Shown here: in pieces, positions 9,025 to 18,824 of the stretch
Position numbering within the stretch: the first letter of the stretch is position 1
How the letters are laid out: every line of letters starts with the position of its first letter
Assembly (NCBI GenBank): GCA_905614355.1
Contig: CAJQSN010000010.1
Location: 8,868-72,867, forward strand
Direction of reading: 5' to 3'
Source: an uncultured Rhodospirillales bacterium
Lineage (GTDB): Bacteria; Pseudomonadota; Alphaproteobacteria; Rhodospirillales; UBA2165
Length of the DNA: 64,000 nucleotides
Notes under the pieces: model-generated
The model's input: only the letters and a program-made list of their open reading frames with translations
Told to the model about the DNA's origin: nothing
Database searches by the model: none
Made by a program: the position numbers and the translations under genes

Positions 9025-9772
9025 GGCTGCCCTCACCTAAATAAACCGCCTGGACTTCTTCATTGGCGGCAATGTCATCGGGTGAGCCTTCGGCGAGGAT
9101 GGCACCACGGACCAAAACAGTAATGCGCTCGGCAAAGCGGAATACCACGTCCATATCGTGCTCAATGATGAGAACGGCGATATCCTTGGGCAAGCTATCG
9201 ACGGCATCCAGGATAATATGGCTCTCAGTCGTGGGCACACCAGCTGCCGGCTCGTCGAGCAGCAACACCTTGGGGTCGAGGGCCAGCGCGATGGCAATTT
9301 CAACCAGGCGCTGGCGGCCATAGGGGAGTTCGTGAATTTCCGTCAGCGAATCCTCTTCGAGTTTGAGGATGTTTAAAATCCGCACAGCCTCTTCCATCAC
9401 GGCTGAATCTTTGCCGGCTGGGCGCACCAAACTTGTCGCAACGCCCATGCGTTCGGAAATGGCTAGATAGAGATTTTCGATCACGCTCAGTCCCATGAAC
9501 AACGTATTAATTTGGAACGTTCGGGCGATGCCGTTCTTGACCCGTTGGTACTCGGCCATACCCGTGATATCACCGCCCGCCAGATATACACTGCCGGAAC
9601 TCGGGCTAAGCGCGCCGGTGAGGAGGTTGATCAAAGTCGTCTTGCCAGCGCCGTTCGGACCGATAATGGCGTGCCGTGCCCCGGGTGCTAGGGCAAAATT
9701 GACATTGTCGGTGACGGCAAGGGCACCAAAGTTTTTTGCCAGGTCACGGGTTTCTAGAATCGGCTTGCTCAT
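9017..9772 (-). CDS. HAAT-family ABC transporter ATP-binding protein, LivG type
   Basis: Walker A GPNGAGKTT, LPYGRQRLVEIA signature region, LLLDEPAAG. The ATG at 9772 overlaps the upstream stop as ATGA. Confidence 0.85.
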   Translation of the reverse strand: MSKPILETRDLAKNFGALAVTDNVNFALAPGARHAIIGPNGAGKTTLINLLTGALSPSSGSVYLAGGDITGMAEYQRVKNGIARTFQINTLFMGLSVIENLYLAISERMGVATSLVRPAGKDSAVMEEAVRILNILKLEEDSLTEIHELPYGRQRLVEIAIALALDPKVLLLDEPAAGVPTTESHIILDAVDSLPKDIAVLIIEHDMDVVFRFAERITVLVRGAILAEGSPDDIAANEEVQAVYLGEGSHD

Positions 9773-10788
9773 TGGCTGCGGTCTTTCCATTTTTCACCGA
9801 TATCCTCAAAAATGCCGTAGAGGCCGCGCCTTGCAAATAGCACTGTCAGAATGAGGACGATGCCGATGGTAAGTTGCCAATAAGGCTGGTTGGTACCGAG
9901 AATTTGCTCGGTGAGGCTTTCCAAAATCTTAAATACAGTGGCGCCGATAAATGCGCCATAGAGCCGCCCGGTGCCGCCGAGAATAATCATGATCAAAACG
10001 TCGCCCGAGAGCTCAAATGCATAAACACCGGTGGTGACATTGCCTTGGACCTGAACCCAAAGCGCCCCAGCAATGCCGGCAATGGCCGCTGAAATCACAT
10101 AAACCAAGACTTGGCGCTGATGCACCGGCGTGCCGATGGCGGACATGCGTTTGGTGTTTTCCCGGATACCGATCAGCATCCGTCCGAACGGCGCGTGAAC
10201 GATGGTCCGGATTAACAGGAAGCTAAGGAAAAGCACAACCAGCACATAGATATAGCTACTGGTATACCAAAGCTGGTCTATTTCAATGAGGCCGAATATC
10301 TCGGAATTGGTGAAGTTGATGCCGTCAAAGCCGCCGGTAATTTCATCGAAATCATTGGCGAGCTCTCCCAGCATAATGGTCACGGCCATGGTCAGGACCA
10401 AAAGCGTTAACCCGGCGGTGCGCAGCAGCACCCAGCCTGATAAAAAGCCGAGTACAGCGGCGCCGATGGCGGCCGCGACCAGCCCAATAAGGGGGTCCGG
10501 AATATTATTAGCTGCTAAAAGGGCTGTGATATAAGCCCCGGTGCCAAAAAAAGCGGTATGGCCGAGCGAGATGATTCCGGCATAACCGACGATCAGGTCT
10601 AAGGAAAGGGCAAACAGGATCATCACCAGGATCTGGGTCGCCAGCAATCGGTAGCCCGGCAATAGATAGAAAACAGCGATGGCAATGACCCAGGGGAGGA
10701 CTTCCGCCCAATGAAAGCGATGACGCGTTTGCAGGAACTTAACGGCTTCGGCTGTTGCTGCCGTGTCGGCTCCGGTGATGGCGGTCAT
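9769..10788 (-). CDS. HAAT-family ABC transporter permease, LivM type
   Basis: Multi-TM protein with the GYAGxxSLGHxAFFGxGAY motif typical of LivM. Confidence 0.85.
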   Translation of the reverse strand: MTAITGADTAATAEAVKFLQTRHRFHWAEVLPWVIAIAVFYLLPGYRLLATQILVMILFALSLDLIVGYAGIISLGHTAFFGTGAYITALLAANNIPDPLIGLVAAAIGAAVLGFLSGWVLLRTAGLTLLVLTMAVTIMLGELANDFDEITGGFDGINFTNSEIFGLIEIDQLWYTSSYIYVLVVLFLSFLLIRTIVHAPFGRMLIGIRENTKRMSAIGTPVHQRQVLVYVISAAIAGIAGALWVQVQGNVTTGVYAFELSGDVLIMIILGGTGRLYGAFIGATVFKILESLTEQILGTNQPYWQLTIGIVLILTVLFARRGLYGIFEDIGEKWKDRSQ

Positions 10789-10792
10789 ACTA

Positions 10793-11668
10793 TCACGCCT
10801 TTCCGAAGAGCCCTTGCGGGCGGATCAAAAGGACAAGGATGGTCACCGCGAAGATGACAAAAGCGCCACCTTCCGGAAAATAGAACTTCCCAGCAAAATC
10901 GATAATGCCGAGAATGAGAGCGGCGAAGAATGTACCACGAATATTACCGAGGCCGCCGACAGCAACCACGATGAGAAAGATCACCAGATATTCAAAGGCG
11001 AAGACCGGCTTGATGCCGCCAAGGATTTGGATGCCAAGGCCGCCACCAAGCGCTGCCATGCCGCTGCCGAGGGCAAAGGTCCAGGTGAAGATGCGGCCCG
11101 TATTGATGCCGCAAGACTCGGCCATGCGCCTATTGTCGACCGCGGCCCGAATTTTAGCGCCGATGCTGGTTCGCTCCAAACCGTAGAACAACCCCGCGAC
11201 AATTACGGCGCCGGCGACAATCATAAAGATGCGGTATTTCGGAAAGATATTAAAGCCGAGATTGATACTGCCTTGTAAATATTCCGGCATTAGAATCAAG
11301 TGCGGGTCGGGGCCCCAGATAAATGTCACGCCTGCGATCGATACAAAGACTAGCCCAATCGTCAGCAGCACCTGATCCAATTCCGGGCGGCGATAAAGAT
11401 GGCGATAAAGAAAGCGCTCAAACGGAATGCTGAGGAAGGCAACGACGATAAAAGCTATCAGCAGGGCAACGGCAAAAGGCACATTCATCTGGCTCACCAG
11501 TGTCACGGTCACATAACCGCCCGCCATGGCAAAAGAGCCATGTGCTAGATTGGCAAAGCCCATAAGCCCCATGGTGATCGATAGGCCTACTGATATGATA
11601 AACAATAACATCGCATAGGCTAGGCCGAAAACCAGGACCGTGGAAATTTCATTTAGAAATGAAGACAT
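10793..11668 (-). CDS. HAAT-family ABC transporter permease, LivH type
   Basis: Multi-TM protein with the GLxGFANLAHGSFAMAGGY motif typical of LivH. Confidence 0.85.
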   Translation of the reverse strand: MSSFLNEISTVLVFGLAYAMLLFIISVGLSITMGLMGFANLAHGSFAMAGGYVTVTLVSQMNVPFAVALLIAFIVVAFLSIPFERFLYRHLYRRPELDQVLLTIGLVFVSIAGVTFIWGPDPHLILMPEYLQGSINLGFNIFPKYRIFMIVAGAVIVAGLFYGLERTSIGAKIRAAVDNRRMAESCGINTGRIFTWTFALGSGMAALGGGLGIQILGGIKPVFAFEYLVIFLIVVAVGGLGNIRGTFFAALILGIIDFAGKFYFPEGGAFVIFAVTILVLLIRPQGLFGKA

Positions 11669-11786
11669 GCTTATTTTAAAGTCCGGTAACTTAAAAAGCG
11701 AGATAGATAAAAGATCTCAGGAAGGAACCAGCCGATGATGGTATTTCACACCACCGGCTGATTAATTACCCAAAGCGTCGGTATTA

Positions 11787-13004
11787 CTAGTAAAGCTTTT
11801 TGCCGCATTTGCCGAGCTTGAGCTCCTTACATTTGTCCTTAACGGCCTCAAACTTCTGCTGAATTTCCTGGACCAGCAGGCCACCTTTTTGCCGTACGGT
11901 AGATATATAGACATTTTGCACAATATCACGCGTTTCAGGATCAATAGAGATCGGCCCACGCGGGCTGTTAAATTTCCAGCCTTTTAGCCTCTTCATAGCA
12001 CCGTCCGCGGTAAGCTTGCTACCGTTGGCCGCCTTGATTGCCGCATATACAGCTGCCATACCATCATAGCCGCCGACACCGACAAAGTCAGGAACGGATT
12101 TTGCACCATACTCAGCTTGCCAGGTTTTGACAAAAGCTTGGTTTTCGGCTGATTTCAGGAACATGTTGTAATGGGACGCTGTGACCACGCCAACCGCTGC
12201 TGGGCCCATGGCCTGAAGAAGGCTGCTTTGCGTGATGTCGCCGGGGCCAATAAGTTGGACGCCTGCTTTGCGCATGGCAAGAGCTTGATAGGTCTTGGCA
12301 ACTGCCGCTGCGTGGTTGCCGCCTGGCACGAAGACATACATGCAGTTTGGGTTTTTGCTTTTGGCACGTTGGAAGAAAGGTGTGAAATCTGGCACCTTAG
12401 CTGGGCCACCCATCGGAATTGCATCGATGACCTTACCGCCTGAAGACTCAAAGCCTTTTTTGAAAGCTGCGACGCTATCTTTTCCGGGAGGGTAATTCGT
12501 GTAACCGGAAACGGCTGTTTTGCAGCCCAACTTGCCGGCGGCGTGTTGGCCCATGATGTAGCCCGACTGCCACATGGTGAAGGAGACCCGCACCATATAA
12601 GGCGACATATTAGGAATGAAGGCAGTGCCCGCATTCATGATCACGACCGGCGTTTTGGATTTATTTACCAAAGGGGCAATCGACATTGCGTTTGGCGAAA
12701 AGATCAGCCCGGTGATTAATTCGACTTTTTCGCGGGTGATCAATTCTTGCGCCGCTGCCTTGGCGATGGGGCCGCCCGGACGCTTTGAATCACGCACGAT
12801 CATCTTAACCGTGTGTCCACCAAGCTGGCTTTTATGCAGTTTCATGTAAAGCTTGGCACCGCGCTCCATTTGCTGGCCAAGTTGGGCAGCGCCACCGGAC
12901 ATTGGTCCAATAAAGCCGATTTTATACTCACGAGCGTCCGATTGGACCGCCGAGAGAGCTAGAATACCAGCCGCCGATAAGGCCGGAATGAGATATTTTT
13001 TCAT
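11787..13004 (-). CDS. HAAT-family ABC transporter periplasmic substrate-binding protein (LivK-like, ligand unknown)
   Basis: Signal peptide MKKYLIPALSAAGILALSAVQSDA followed by YKIGFIGPMSGGAAQLG, typical of type-1 periplasmic binding proteins. First gene of the 5-gene minus-strand operon. Confidence 0.8.
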   Translation of the reverse strand: MKKYLIPALSAAGILALSAVQSDAREYKIGFIGPMSGGAAQLGQQMERGAKLYMKLHKSQLGGHTVKMIVRDSKRPGGPIAKAAAQELITREKVELITGLIFSPNAMSIAPLVNKSKTPVVIMNAGTAFIPNMSPYMVRVSFTMWQSGYIMGQHAAGKLGCKTAVSGYTNYPPGKDSVAAFKKGFESSGGKVIDAIPMGGPAKVPDFTPFFQRAKSKNPNCMYVFVPGGNHAAAVAKTYQALAMRKAGVQLIGPGDITQSSLLQAMGPAAVGVVTASHYNMFLKSAENQAFVKTWQAEYGAKSVPDFVGVGGYDGMAAVYAAIKAANGSKLTADGAMKRLKGWKFNSPRGPISIDPETRDIVQNVYISTVRQKGGLLVQEIQQKFEAVKDKCKELKLGKCGKKLY

Positions 13005-13182
13005 TGTTAGTATCCTCCGAGTTGTTTTCTTTGTTTTAAATCATAAAATCTTTTAGTTCGACTACCTATCTGTTTAGTTGATCCTCAACATATTGCAATA
13101 GATTATAGGGCATTGTCCATACGCCATTATCAAGATCAAACTCGTCCATTCGGGCATTTAAGGCTTCGCTCGTTCTAACGAG

Positions 13183-14002
13183 GGTGCTGTCAGACAAATG
13201 CGAACTCGTCTCAGATTAGCGTAAATACGGTGGTTTTATGCAGCACAGAGTTGCTGCCACTCAATAAGAGCAGCTTGACGTTGAACCTTATATGTAACTC
13301 TAGGATTTAAGTGACGTTCCTTGTTGAAGTGATTGAAAACTGAAGCGTGGATTGAGACGAATTTTTGCAAACTTCGCATCCGCCTAAACTTCAACATGGC
13401 GTATTCTCGTCGGCGAAAAGGAAGGTGAGAGTTTTCACAGCGATTGTTAACCCACCGACCCGTTTCTTGAATACCTGCATTTCCGATCATTTTAAGTGCA
13501 GCACGATAAGATGGTAGTTTATCAGTTACGATTGATTTTGGATTGCCATATTTTTTCATGATTTTCTTGAGGAAAACTAGTGCTGATTTTCGGTCTCTGC
13601 GCTTGGATACAAAGGCCTCAAGAACCTCGCCCTCATGATCAACGGCTCGCCACAAATAGTGTGTCTCACCATTGATCTTCACGAAAACCTCATCAAGATG
13701 CCACTTCCAATTTGAGTGATTGGTAATTGGGTGCATACGTTTTTTACGAATTTCGCGTGCGAACATTGGGCCAAATTTATTCCACCAATAGCGAACGGTT
13801 TCATGACAGATGTCGATACCGCGCTCGTGGAGAAGATCTTCTACATTCCGCAGAGAAAGAGGAAATCTGACATACATCATGACGGTGAGGTGAATAATCT
13901 CAGGTGACGTCTTGAAATAACGAAACGGATTGTGATTTTTCATCCTCAAATTCTATGGATTTAGGTGATCGACGTCAAAGTAGGTTTTCCTCTGACAGTG
14001 CC
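13183..14002 (-). mobile_element. intact IS6-family insertion sequence (820 bp)
   Basis: Single transposase ORF flanked by imperfect terminal IRs: GGTGCTGTCAGACAAATGCG (13183, plus strand) and GGCACTGTCAGAGGAAAACC (reverse complement ending at 14002). Same length class as IS26. The 8 bp on either side differ (ctaacgag vs aaacggat), so there is no target-site duplication. Confidence 0.85.
13236..13949 (-). CDS. IS6-family DDE transposase
   Basis: 237 aa. N-terminal HTH region (FKTSPEIIHLTVMMYVRFPLSLRNVEDLLHERGIDICHETVRYWWNKFG). DDE candidates in WHLDEVFVKINGE, IVTDKLPSY and NNRCENSH. Confidence 0.9.
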   Translation of the reverse strand: MRMKNHNPFRYFKTSPEIIHLTVMMYVRFPLSLRNVEDLLHERGIDICHETVRYWWNKFGPMFAREIRKKRMHPITNHSNWKWHLDEVFVKINGETHYLWRAVDHEGEVLEAFVSKRRDRKSALVFLKKIMKKYGNPKSIVTDKLPSYRAALKMIGNAGIQETGRWVNNRCENSHLPFRRREYAMLKFRRMRSLQKFVSIHASVFNHFNKERHLNPRVTYKVQRQAALIEWQQLCAA

Positions 14003-14082
14003 AAACGGATTGTTATTTTTCATCCGAGAAGGTTACGAATTTAGCGCTTAACCGTCAAAACCAATTTTCCTCTGACAGTGCC
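14003..14082 (-). mobile_element. IS6-family left-end fragment (IRL + 7 transposase codons) abutting the intact IS
   Basis: The reverse complement reads GGCACTGTCAGAGGAAAATTGG...ATGAAAAATAACAATCCGTTT (MKNNNPF) and stops exactly at the IRL terminus of the intact copy. Confidence 0.7.
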
Positions 14083-14083
14083 C

Positions 14084-14220
14084 GAACGTCACATAATTGA
14101 TAGAGAAAATTTCAAGTTGCAACGCAATGCCGCACTTGTCGAATAGCAGCAGCTTTGTGCTGCATATATTCCCATTATTCACGATACACAGAGACGAGTT
14201 CGCATTCGTCTGACAGCACC
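14084..14220 (+). mobile_element. IS6-family right-end fragment (degenerate transposase 3' end + IRR), opposite orientation
   Basis: Reads ...ERHIIDRENFKLQRNAALVE*QQLCAA, compared with ERHLNPRVTYKVQRQAALIEWQQLCAA in the intact copy. It ends gagacgagttcgcattcgtctgacagcacc, the reverse complement of the IRR with its terminus at 14220. Confidence 0.7.
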
Positions 14221-14247
14221 TGTTCATGGATTATGGCCCTGCAAAAT

Positions 14248-16026
14248 CTAGGATTGATTCAGAAGGTCGCGCGGCGCAAGAACTGGCATCGATAGAAGTA
14301 TCTGAGCCATCCCTTTTCCCCAAGGATCGTTGCGCAAAGAACCGGCAACGCCGCCGTCCAAGGCTTCCTCGCAGACAAAGTTCATTGCATTGATACCGGG
14401 CAGGTCAAATCGGGTGACCTTTCCTTTAACCAAATGGGATAGATAAGAAGCCACGTTGTCAGCCGTGAGTTGATGCCGCAAATATGGCAAGTAGGCCTCT
14501 TGGCGAGCAATGATTCCAATATTGCAAATGTCTCCCTTATCACCGCTACGGCCATGCGCAAGCTTAATCAGTGGAACCTCTACCGCATCTGGGCCGGGAG
14601 ACGTCTCGGCAAGAGAGTTCGCTAGATCGTCAGCCTCGACTACGTTGTCCCCATAACGAACCAAAATTACAGATTCAACGCCGCCCTGCAACAATGACAA
14701 TCGGACACGATCTTTATTTAACAAGAATGAATAATGTTTGATATCCGGTGATATCTTAGGTCGCCCGGCGAACCCAGTGGTGCCCGGTGCCCAGGAGGTT
14801 GCCGCCGGTGCAATCTCGCGGGAAAATAACTCTAATGCCCGCCGATCGCGATGGGACACGCCGATATGCAATACTACTTCCTTGACTGCCTCTACTGAAG
14901 CATGAGGTCCGAAGCATGCTTCAGATCCTAATACTTCAACGTTAACGCCCCGATAATCGGCATATTCTCTATCCTTGAACACAGCTCGAGTACGAGCAAG
15001 AATAGCCGTCGCCGTCCGGTGAGCCTTAGCAACCGCATCAAATCCAATAATTGACAAACTCGCGACGCTTTTAAACCCGTCCTTATAGGTAACGCTGACT
15101 TTATAGGTATCTGTCGACGGTTTACCCCTGGCACCGGTGACCTCGACTTGGTCCGATTCAACCTGCTGCAGTCGAACTTGAGTGAAGTCACAAACAACGT
15201 CAGGCAATATATAACGGGATGGATCGCCAATCTCATACAATATCTGTTCCGCAATGGCCGCCGTGCTGACCAACCCACCGGTGTTCTCTGATTTGGTGAT
15301 TGTGAAGCTACCATCCTCTCTTGCCTCGACAATAGGATAACCAATATTTTCCCATTCAGGAACCATTTCCCAATCGGTAAACAACCCGCCAGTCGCTTGA
15401 CAACCGCATTCGATGATGTGTCCGGCGAGGCTGCCCTGCGCTAGTTTGTCCAAGTTATTTTCGTCCCAGCCAAACTCATGCATTAGAACTCCAAGCGTAA
15501 CCGCACTGTCTACACAACGCCCCGTGACGACGATATCCGCTCCCTCATCAAGGGCTTGCTTTATTGGAAAGGCACCTAAATAGGCATTAGCGGAGAGAAC
15601 TTCGGCTGGCAGCGAAACACCGCTTTGTATTTCCCGGACGCCCTCTTTTCGTAGCGTCTCAATCATCGGCCGGATATCGTCCCCGATTACAGCTGCAATT
15701 TTCACCGAAATACCCAGTTCGGCAGCCGCTGCTTCAAGGTCGGCGACACAGCCACCAAGATTAACGCCACCGGCATTGGCGATGACTTTTATGCCCGCAC
15801 CGGTAATTTCGGGGAGCGAGGATTTTATGGTCTCAATGAAATCCAATGCATAACCATGGGCGTCATTTTTTAAACGGGCCGAGGACAAAATCGACATTGT
15901 AAGTTCGGCTAGGTAGTCGAAGACCAAATAATTGATCTTACCTTTGCCTACCAGCTGAGGAACCGCAACTGAGCTATCTCCCCAAGATGCGGACGCTCCT
16001 CCAATACGCACTGTTTTCTCTGACAT
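14248..16026 (-). CDS. AtuA-like protein (DUF1446 family, acyclic terpene utilisation)
   Basis: 592 aa. The N-terminus VRIGGASASWGDSSVAVPQLVGKGKINYLVFDYLAELTM matches my recollection of the DUF1446/AtuA signature. Context: acyl-CoA carboxylase cluster. Confidence 0.65.
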   Translation of the reverse strand: MSEKTVRIGGASASWGDSSVAVPQLVGKGKINYLVFDYLAELTMSILSSARLKNDAHGYALDFIETIKSSLPEITGAGIKVIANAGGVNLGGCVADLEAAAAELGISVKIAAVIGDDIRPMIETLRKEGVREIQSGVSLPAEVLSANAYLGAFPIKQALDEGADIVVTGRCVDSAVTLGVLMHEFGWDENNLDKLAQGSLAGHIIECGCQATGGLFTDWEMVPEWENIGYPIVEAREDGSFTITKSENTGGLVSTAAIAEQILYEIGDPSRYILPDVVCDFTQVRLQQVESDQVEVTGARGKPSTDTYKVSVTYKDGFKSVASLSIIGFDAVAKAHRTATAILARTRAVFKDREYADYRGVNVEVLGSEACFGPHASVEAVKEVVLHIGVSHRDRRALELFSREIAPAATSWAPGTTGFAGRPKISPDIKHYSFLLNKDRVRLSLLQGGVESVILVRYGDNVVEADDLANSLAETSPGPDAVEVPLIKLAHGRSGDKGDICNIGIIARQEAYLPYLRHQLTADNVASYLSHLVKGKVTRFDLPGINAMNFVCEEALDGGVAGSLRNDPWGKGMAQILLSMPVLAPRDLLNQS

Positions 16027-16040
16027 CCCAGGCCCCTCGT

Positions 16041-16808
16041 TTATTTGTCGGTCCAGGACGGCGCGCGCTTTTCTCGGAATGCGGCTTGTCCTTCTTTTGC
16101 ATCATCAGTAAGTGCAAACAGAGCAATCTGACTTTCACTAAAGGCCATGGATTCTTCAAACGGCATTGATTCCATCTTTTTCAATGTATAAAGACCGCGG
16201 CGAATAGCCGTCGGAGAAGCCTTCAATAATCGTGAAAGAAATGTTGCCACTTCGCCATCAAGATCGTCGGCCACCGCATTTATAAGGCCGAAACGCAAGG
16301 CGGAATCCGCGTCAATCGAATCACCCAATAAACACATTTCGGATAGGACACGCCGGGGAACCAGATGTTGTAACACACTCATTACCTGAGCAGGGAAAAC
16401 ACCCACCTTAACTTCAGGCAAACCGAAAACAGCATGTTTGGCGGCGATCACCAGATCGCACATGGCCATAAACCCCATGCCCCCCGCCAAACATGTTCCA
16501 TTTATTCGCGCTATCATGGGAACGGTCGATTGCCTTGCCTGACGGAATAACTGCGCGGCTCCTGCATAAGGATTTGAATAATCCACGGAAAAAGGGGTCT
16601 CTGTCTTTAGGTCACCGCCGGCGCAGAACGCTTTTTCGCCAGCGCCGGTCAAAACCACCGCCCGAATGCCGACGTCGGCATTGGCCTCTTCAATCCCCGC
16701 TGAGAGACCGGAGATGACTTCGGCATTTATTGCATTGCGTTGATCAGGGCGATTTATCGTCAATCGCATAACATTATCCTGTATTTCTTGTATAACTTCA
16801 TCGCTCAT
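16041..16808 (-). CDS. enoyl-CoA hydratase/isomerase family protein (AtuE/LiuC type)
   Basis: Crotonase fold: LTINRPDQRNAI, VVLTGAGEKAFCAGGDLK, GTCLAGGMGFMAMCDL. Confidence 0.85.
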   Translation of the reverse strand: MSDEVIQEIQDNVMRLTINRPDQRNAINAEVISGLSAGIEEANADVGIRAVVLTGAGEKAFCAGGDLKTETPFSVDYSNPYAGAAQLFRQARQSTVPMIARINGTCLAGGMGFMAMCDLVIAAKHAVFGLPEVKVGVFPAQVMSVLQHLVPRRVLSEMCLLGDSIDADSALRFGLINAVADDLDGEVATFLSRLLKASPTAIRRGLYTLKKMESMPFEESMAFSESQIALFALTDDAKEGQAAFREKRAPSWTDK

Positions 16809-16846
16809 CGCGTGGTCCTCTCATAGACGGATAACAATATAATTTT

Positions 16847-18823
16847 CTATTTCACGGAAACACCTTCCGTTGCGGGATCGATTTCAACCAATACTTGGTG
16901 TATAGCAACATGCTGTCCGGCTTCGATATGGATGGCCGAAAGCACGCCGCCCATTGGCGCCTGAATGGGAAGCTCCAGCTTCATTGCTTCTAAAGTGAGG
17001 AGCAAATCTCCTTCATCGACGAGATCCCCCTCGCTAACCTTCAAGTCTCCAATGACTCCAGCCATTGGTGCAATTGCTTTTCTATTCGTTACAATATTTT
17101 GCTGCTCCGTTTGCTTGGTGTGTTTCCTGAAGACAAAGTTTGAACCAAACTGGGAAAGGTGAAGCGCGTCTTCACTCCAAATTACGTCGACAGGCTTCTC
17201 AAGTCTGTCGACGCGCAGCCAAGTTCTGTCGCCTTCCGACAAGACAGCTACCTCCACATCGTGTTCGTCACAATGAACGATATAAAAACCACAACTGGTT
17301 TCAGAGATGGTAGCTGTATAATTTTGACCGGCAACATCAAACGAGGTCGGTTCTGCCTTCCATGGGCGGCTGCGCCAACCGTGCATGTTGCCACCCCACA
17401 ACTCGACATCGCGCCGGTGAAACAAAACACTGGCCATAGCAATGTCTCTGGCATCAGGTAGATTAACCGATCTCTCCAACAGCCCGTTATTATCAAGAAA
17501 TGACGTGCTCATGACACCGTCATCAAAGGCAGGCACCGTCAGACATTCAATCAAAAAGGTCCTGTTCGTCTTGATTCCGGAAACGACAAAATTTTCGATG
17601 CCGCGCACAAGACGCCTGCCCGCTTCAGCTCGATCACGTCCATGTCCAACGACTTTAGCGAGCAAAGGATCATAAAATGTTGAAATGACGCTGTCCTTGA
17701 GGAGACCGTGATCAACGCGAATACCGACGTCGGACGGTGGTTGCCAGTCAACAATTTTGCCCGATTGCGGAAGGAAGTTGCTTTCGGGGTCCTCGGCATA
17801 AAGGCGCGCTTCTATGGCGTGGCCGTCGAAGTTTACTTGATCCTGGCTAAGCGGCAAAACTTCTCCGGCAGCCACTCTAAATTGCCATTCCACCAGATCA
17901 ATGCCTGTCACCAACTCGGTTACGGGATGTTCTACCTGCAACCGTGTATTCATTTCCAAAAAATAGAACTCTCCGGAAGGCGCAAGCATGAATTCAATTG
18001 TTCCGGCACCGCTATACTTAATCGCTTTGGCTGCGGTAACTGCAGCTTGGCCCATGCTTTCGCGCAATTTGGAAGATAAGCCAGGAGCGGGCGCTTCCTC
18101 TATAATTTTCTGGTGGCGCCGTTGAATGGAACAATCGCGATCACCCAAATAAATCGCGTTTCCATAGTTGTCGCCGAAGACTTGAACCTCGACATGCCGA
18201 GGCATAACCAGAGCTTTTTCCAGTAGTAAATTGTCATTGCCAAATGCTTTGAGAGCCTCTGACCGTGTCACTCTTATGCTCTCACCCAATTGATCTGGGG
18301 CTTCCACCCACCGCATACCCTTGCCGCCGCCACCGGCTGTCGACTTTAACATAACCGGGTAGCCTATTTTTTCGGCCTCACGCATCAACGTGGCCTCGGT
18401 TTGATCATCCCCGTCATATCCGGGAATGCAGGGGACACCTATGTTCCTTAAGGTTTTTTTGGCCTCAGCCTTGTCAGCCATTGCTCGCATTACTTCGGCA
18501 GAGGGCCCAATGAAAGTTATTCCTTCTGCGGCGCATGCATCAGCAAAGTTGGCGTTCTCGGATAGGAAACCATAGCCGGGATGAATCGCCGTTGCCTCGG
18601 ATAGTTTGGCTGCGGCGATAAGCTTGTCGATATCAAGATAAGATTCCGTTGCGGCCACTGCATTTAGGGGAACGGCAAAATCGGCAGTTCGCACATGCGG
18701 CATTTCACTATCTGGATCGGAATAGACGGCAACGGTACGATATCCCAGCGCTTGCGCAGTGCGCATGATCCGGATCGCTATCTCCCCTCGGTTAGCGACA
18801 AGTATGGTTTTGATTGGCTTCAT
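16847..18823 (-). CDS. acyl-CoA carboxylase alpha subunit (biotin carboxylase + BCCP; AtuF/LiuD type)
   Basis: N-terminus ILVANRGEIAIRIMRTA, ATP-grasp core, C-terminal biotinyl motif LEAMKLE. Confidence 0.9.
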   Translation of the reverse strand: MKPIKTILVANRGEIAIRIMRTAQALGYRTVAVYSDPDSEMPHVRTADFAVPLNAVAATESYLDIDKLIAAAKLSEATAIHPGYGFLSENANFADACAAEGITFIGPSAEVMRAMADKAEAKKTLRNIGVPCIPGYDGDDQTEATLMREAEKIGYPVMLKSTAGGGGKGMRWVEAPDQLGESIRVTRSEALKAFGNDNLLLEKALVMPRHVEVQVFGDNYGNAIYLGDRDCSIQRRHQKIIEEAPAPGLSSKLRESMGQAAVTAAKAIKYSGAGTIEFMLAPSGEFYFLEMNTRLQVEHPVTELVTGIDLVEWQFRVAAGEVLPLSQDQVNFDGHAIEARLYAEDPESNFLPQSGKIVDWQPPSDVGIRVDHGLLKDSVISTFYDPLLAKVVGHGRDRAEAGRRLVRGIENFVVSGIKTNRTFLIECLTVPAFDDGVMSTSFLDNNGLLERSVNLPDARDIAMASVLFHRRDVELWGGNMHGWRSRPWKAEPTSFDVAGQNYTATISETSCGFYIVHCDEHDVEVAVLSEGDRTWLRVDRLEKPVDVIWSEDALHLSQFGSNFVFRKHTKQTEQQNIVTNRKAIAPMAGVIGDLKVSEGDLVDEGDLLLTLEAMKLELPIQAPMGGVLSAIHIEAGQHVAIHQVLVEIDPATEGVSVK

Positions 18824-18824
18824 A

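Noticed and set aside
11669-11786. Imperfect hairpin (CAGCCG..TGG / CCA..CGGCTG) between the Liv-type binding-protein and permease genes
   Set aside because: The stem is bulged and has no U-tract. It is probably an ordinary intercistronic structure, and the support is too weak to list as a feature.
13075-13182. Possible very degenerate continuation of the disrupted IS6 transposase (minus-strand ...MPYNLLQYVEDQL... vs FPLSLRNVEDLL)
   Set aside because: The similarity is limited to a few residues, needs a 6-residue length difference and has weak DNA-level support. I could not distinguish it from chance by eye.
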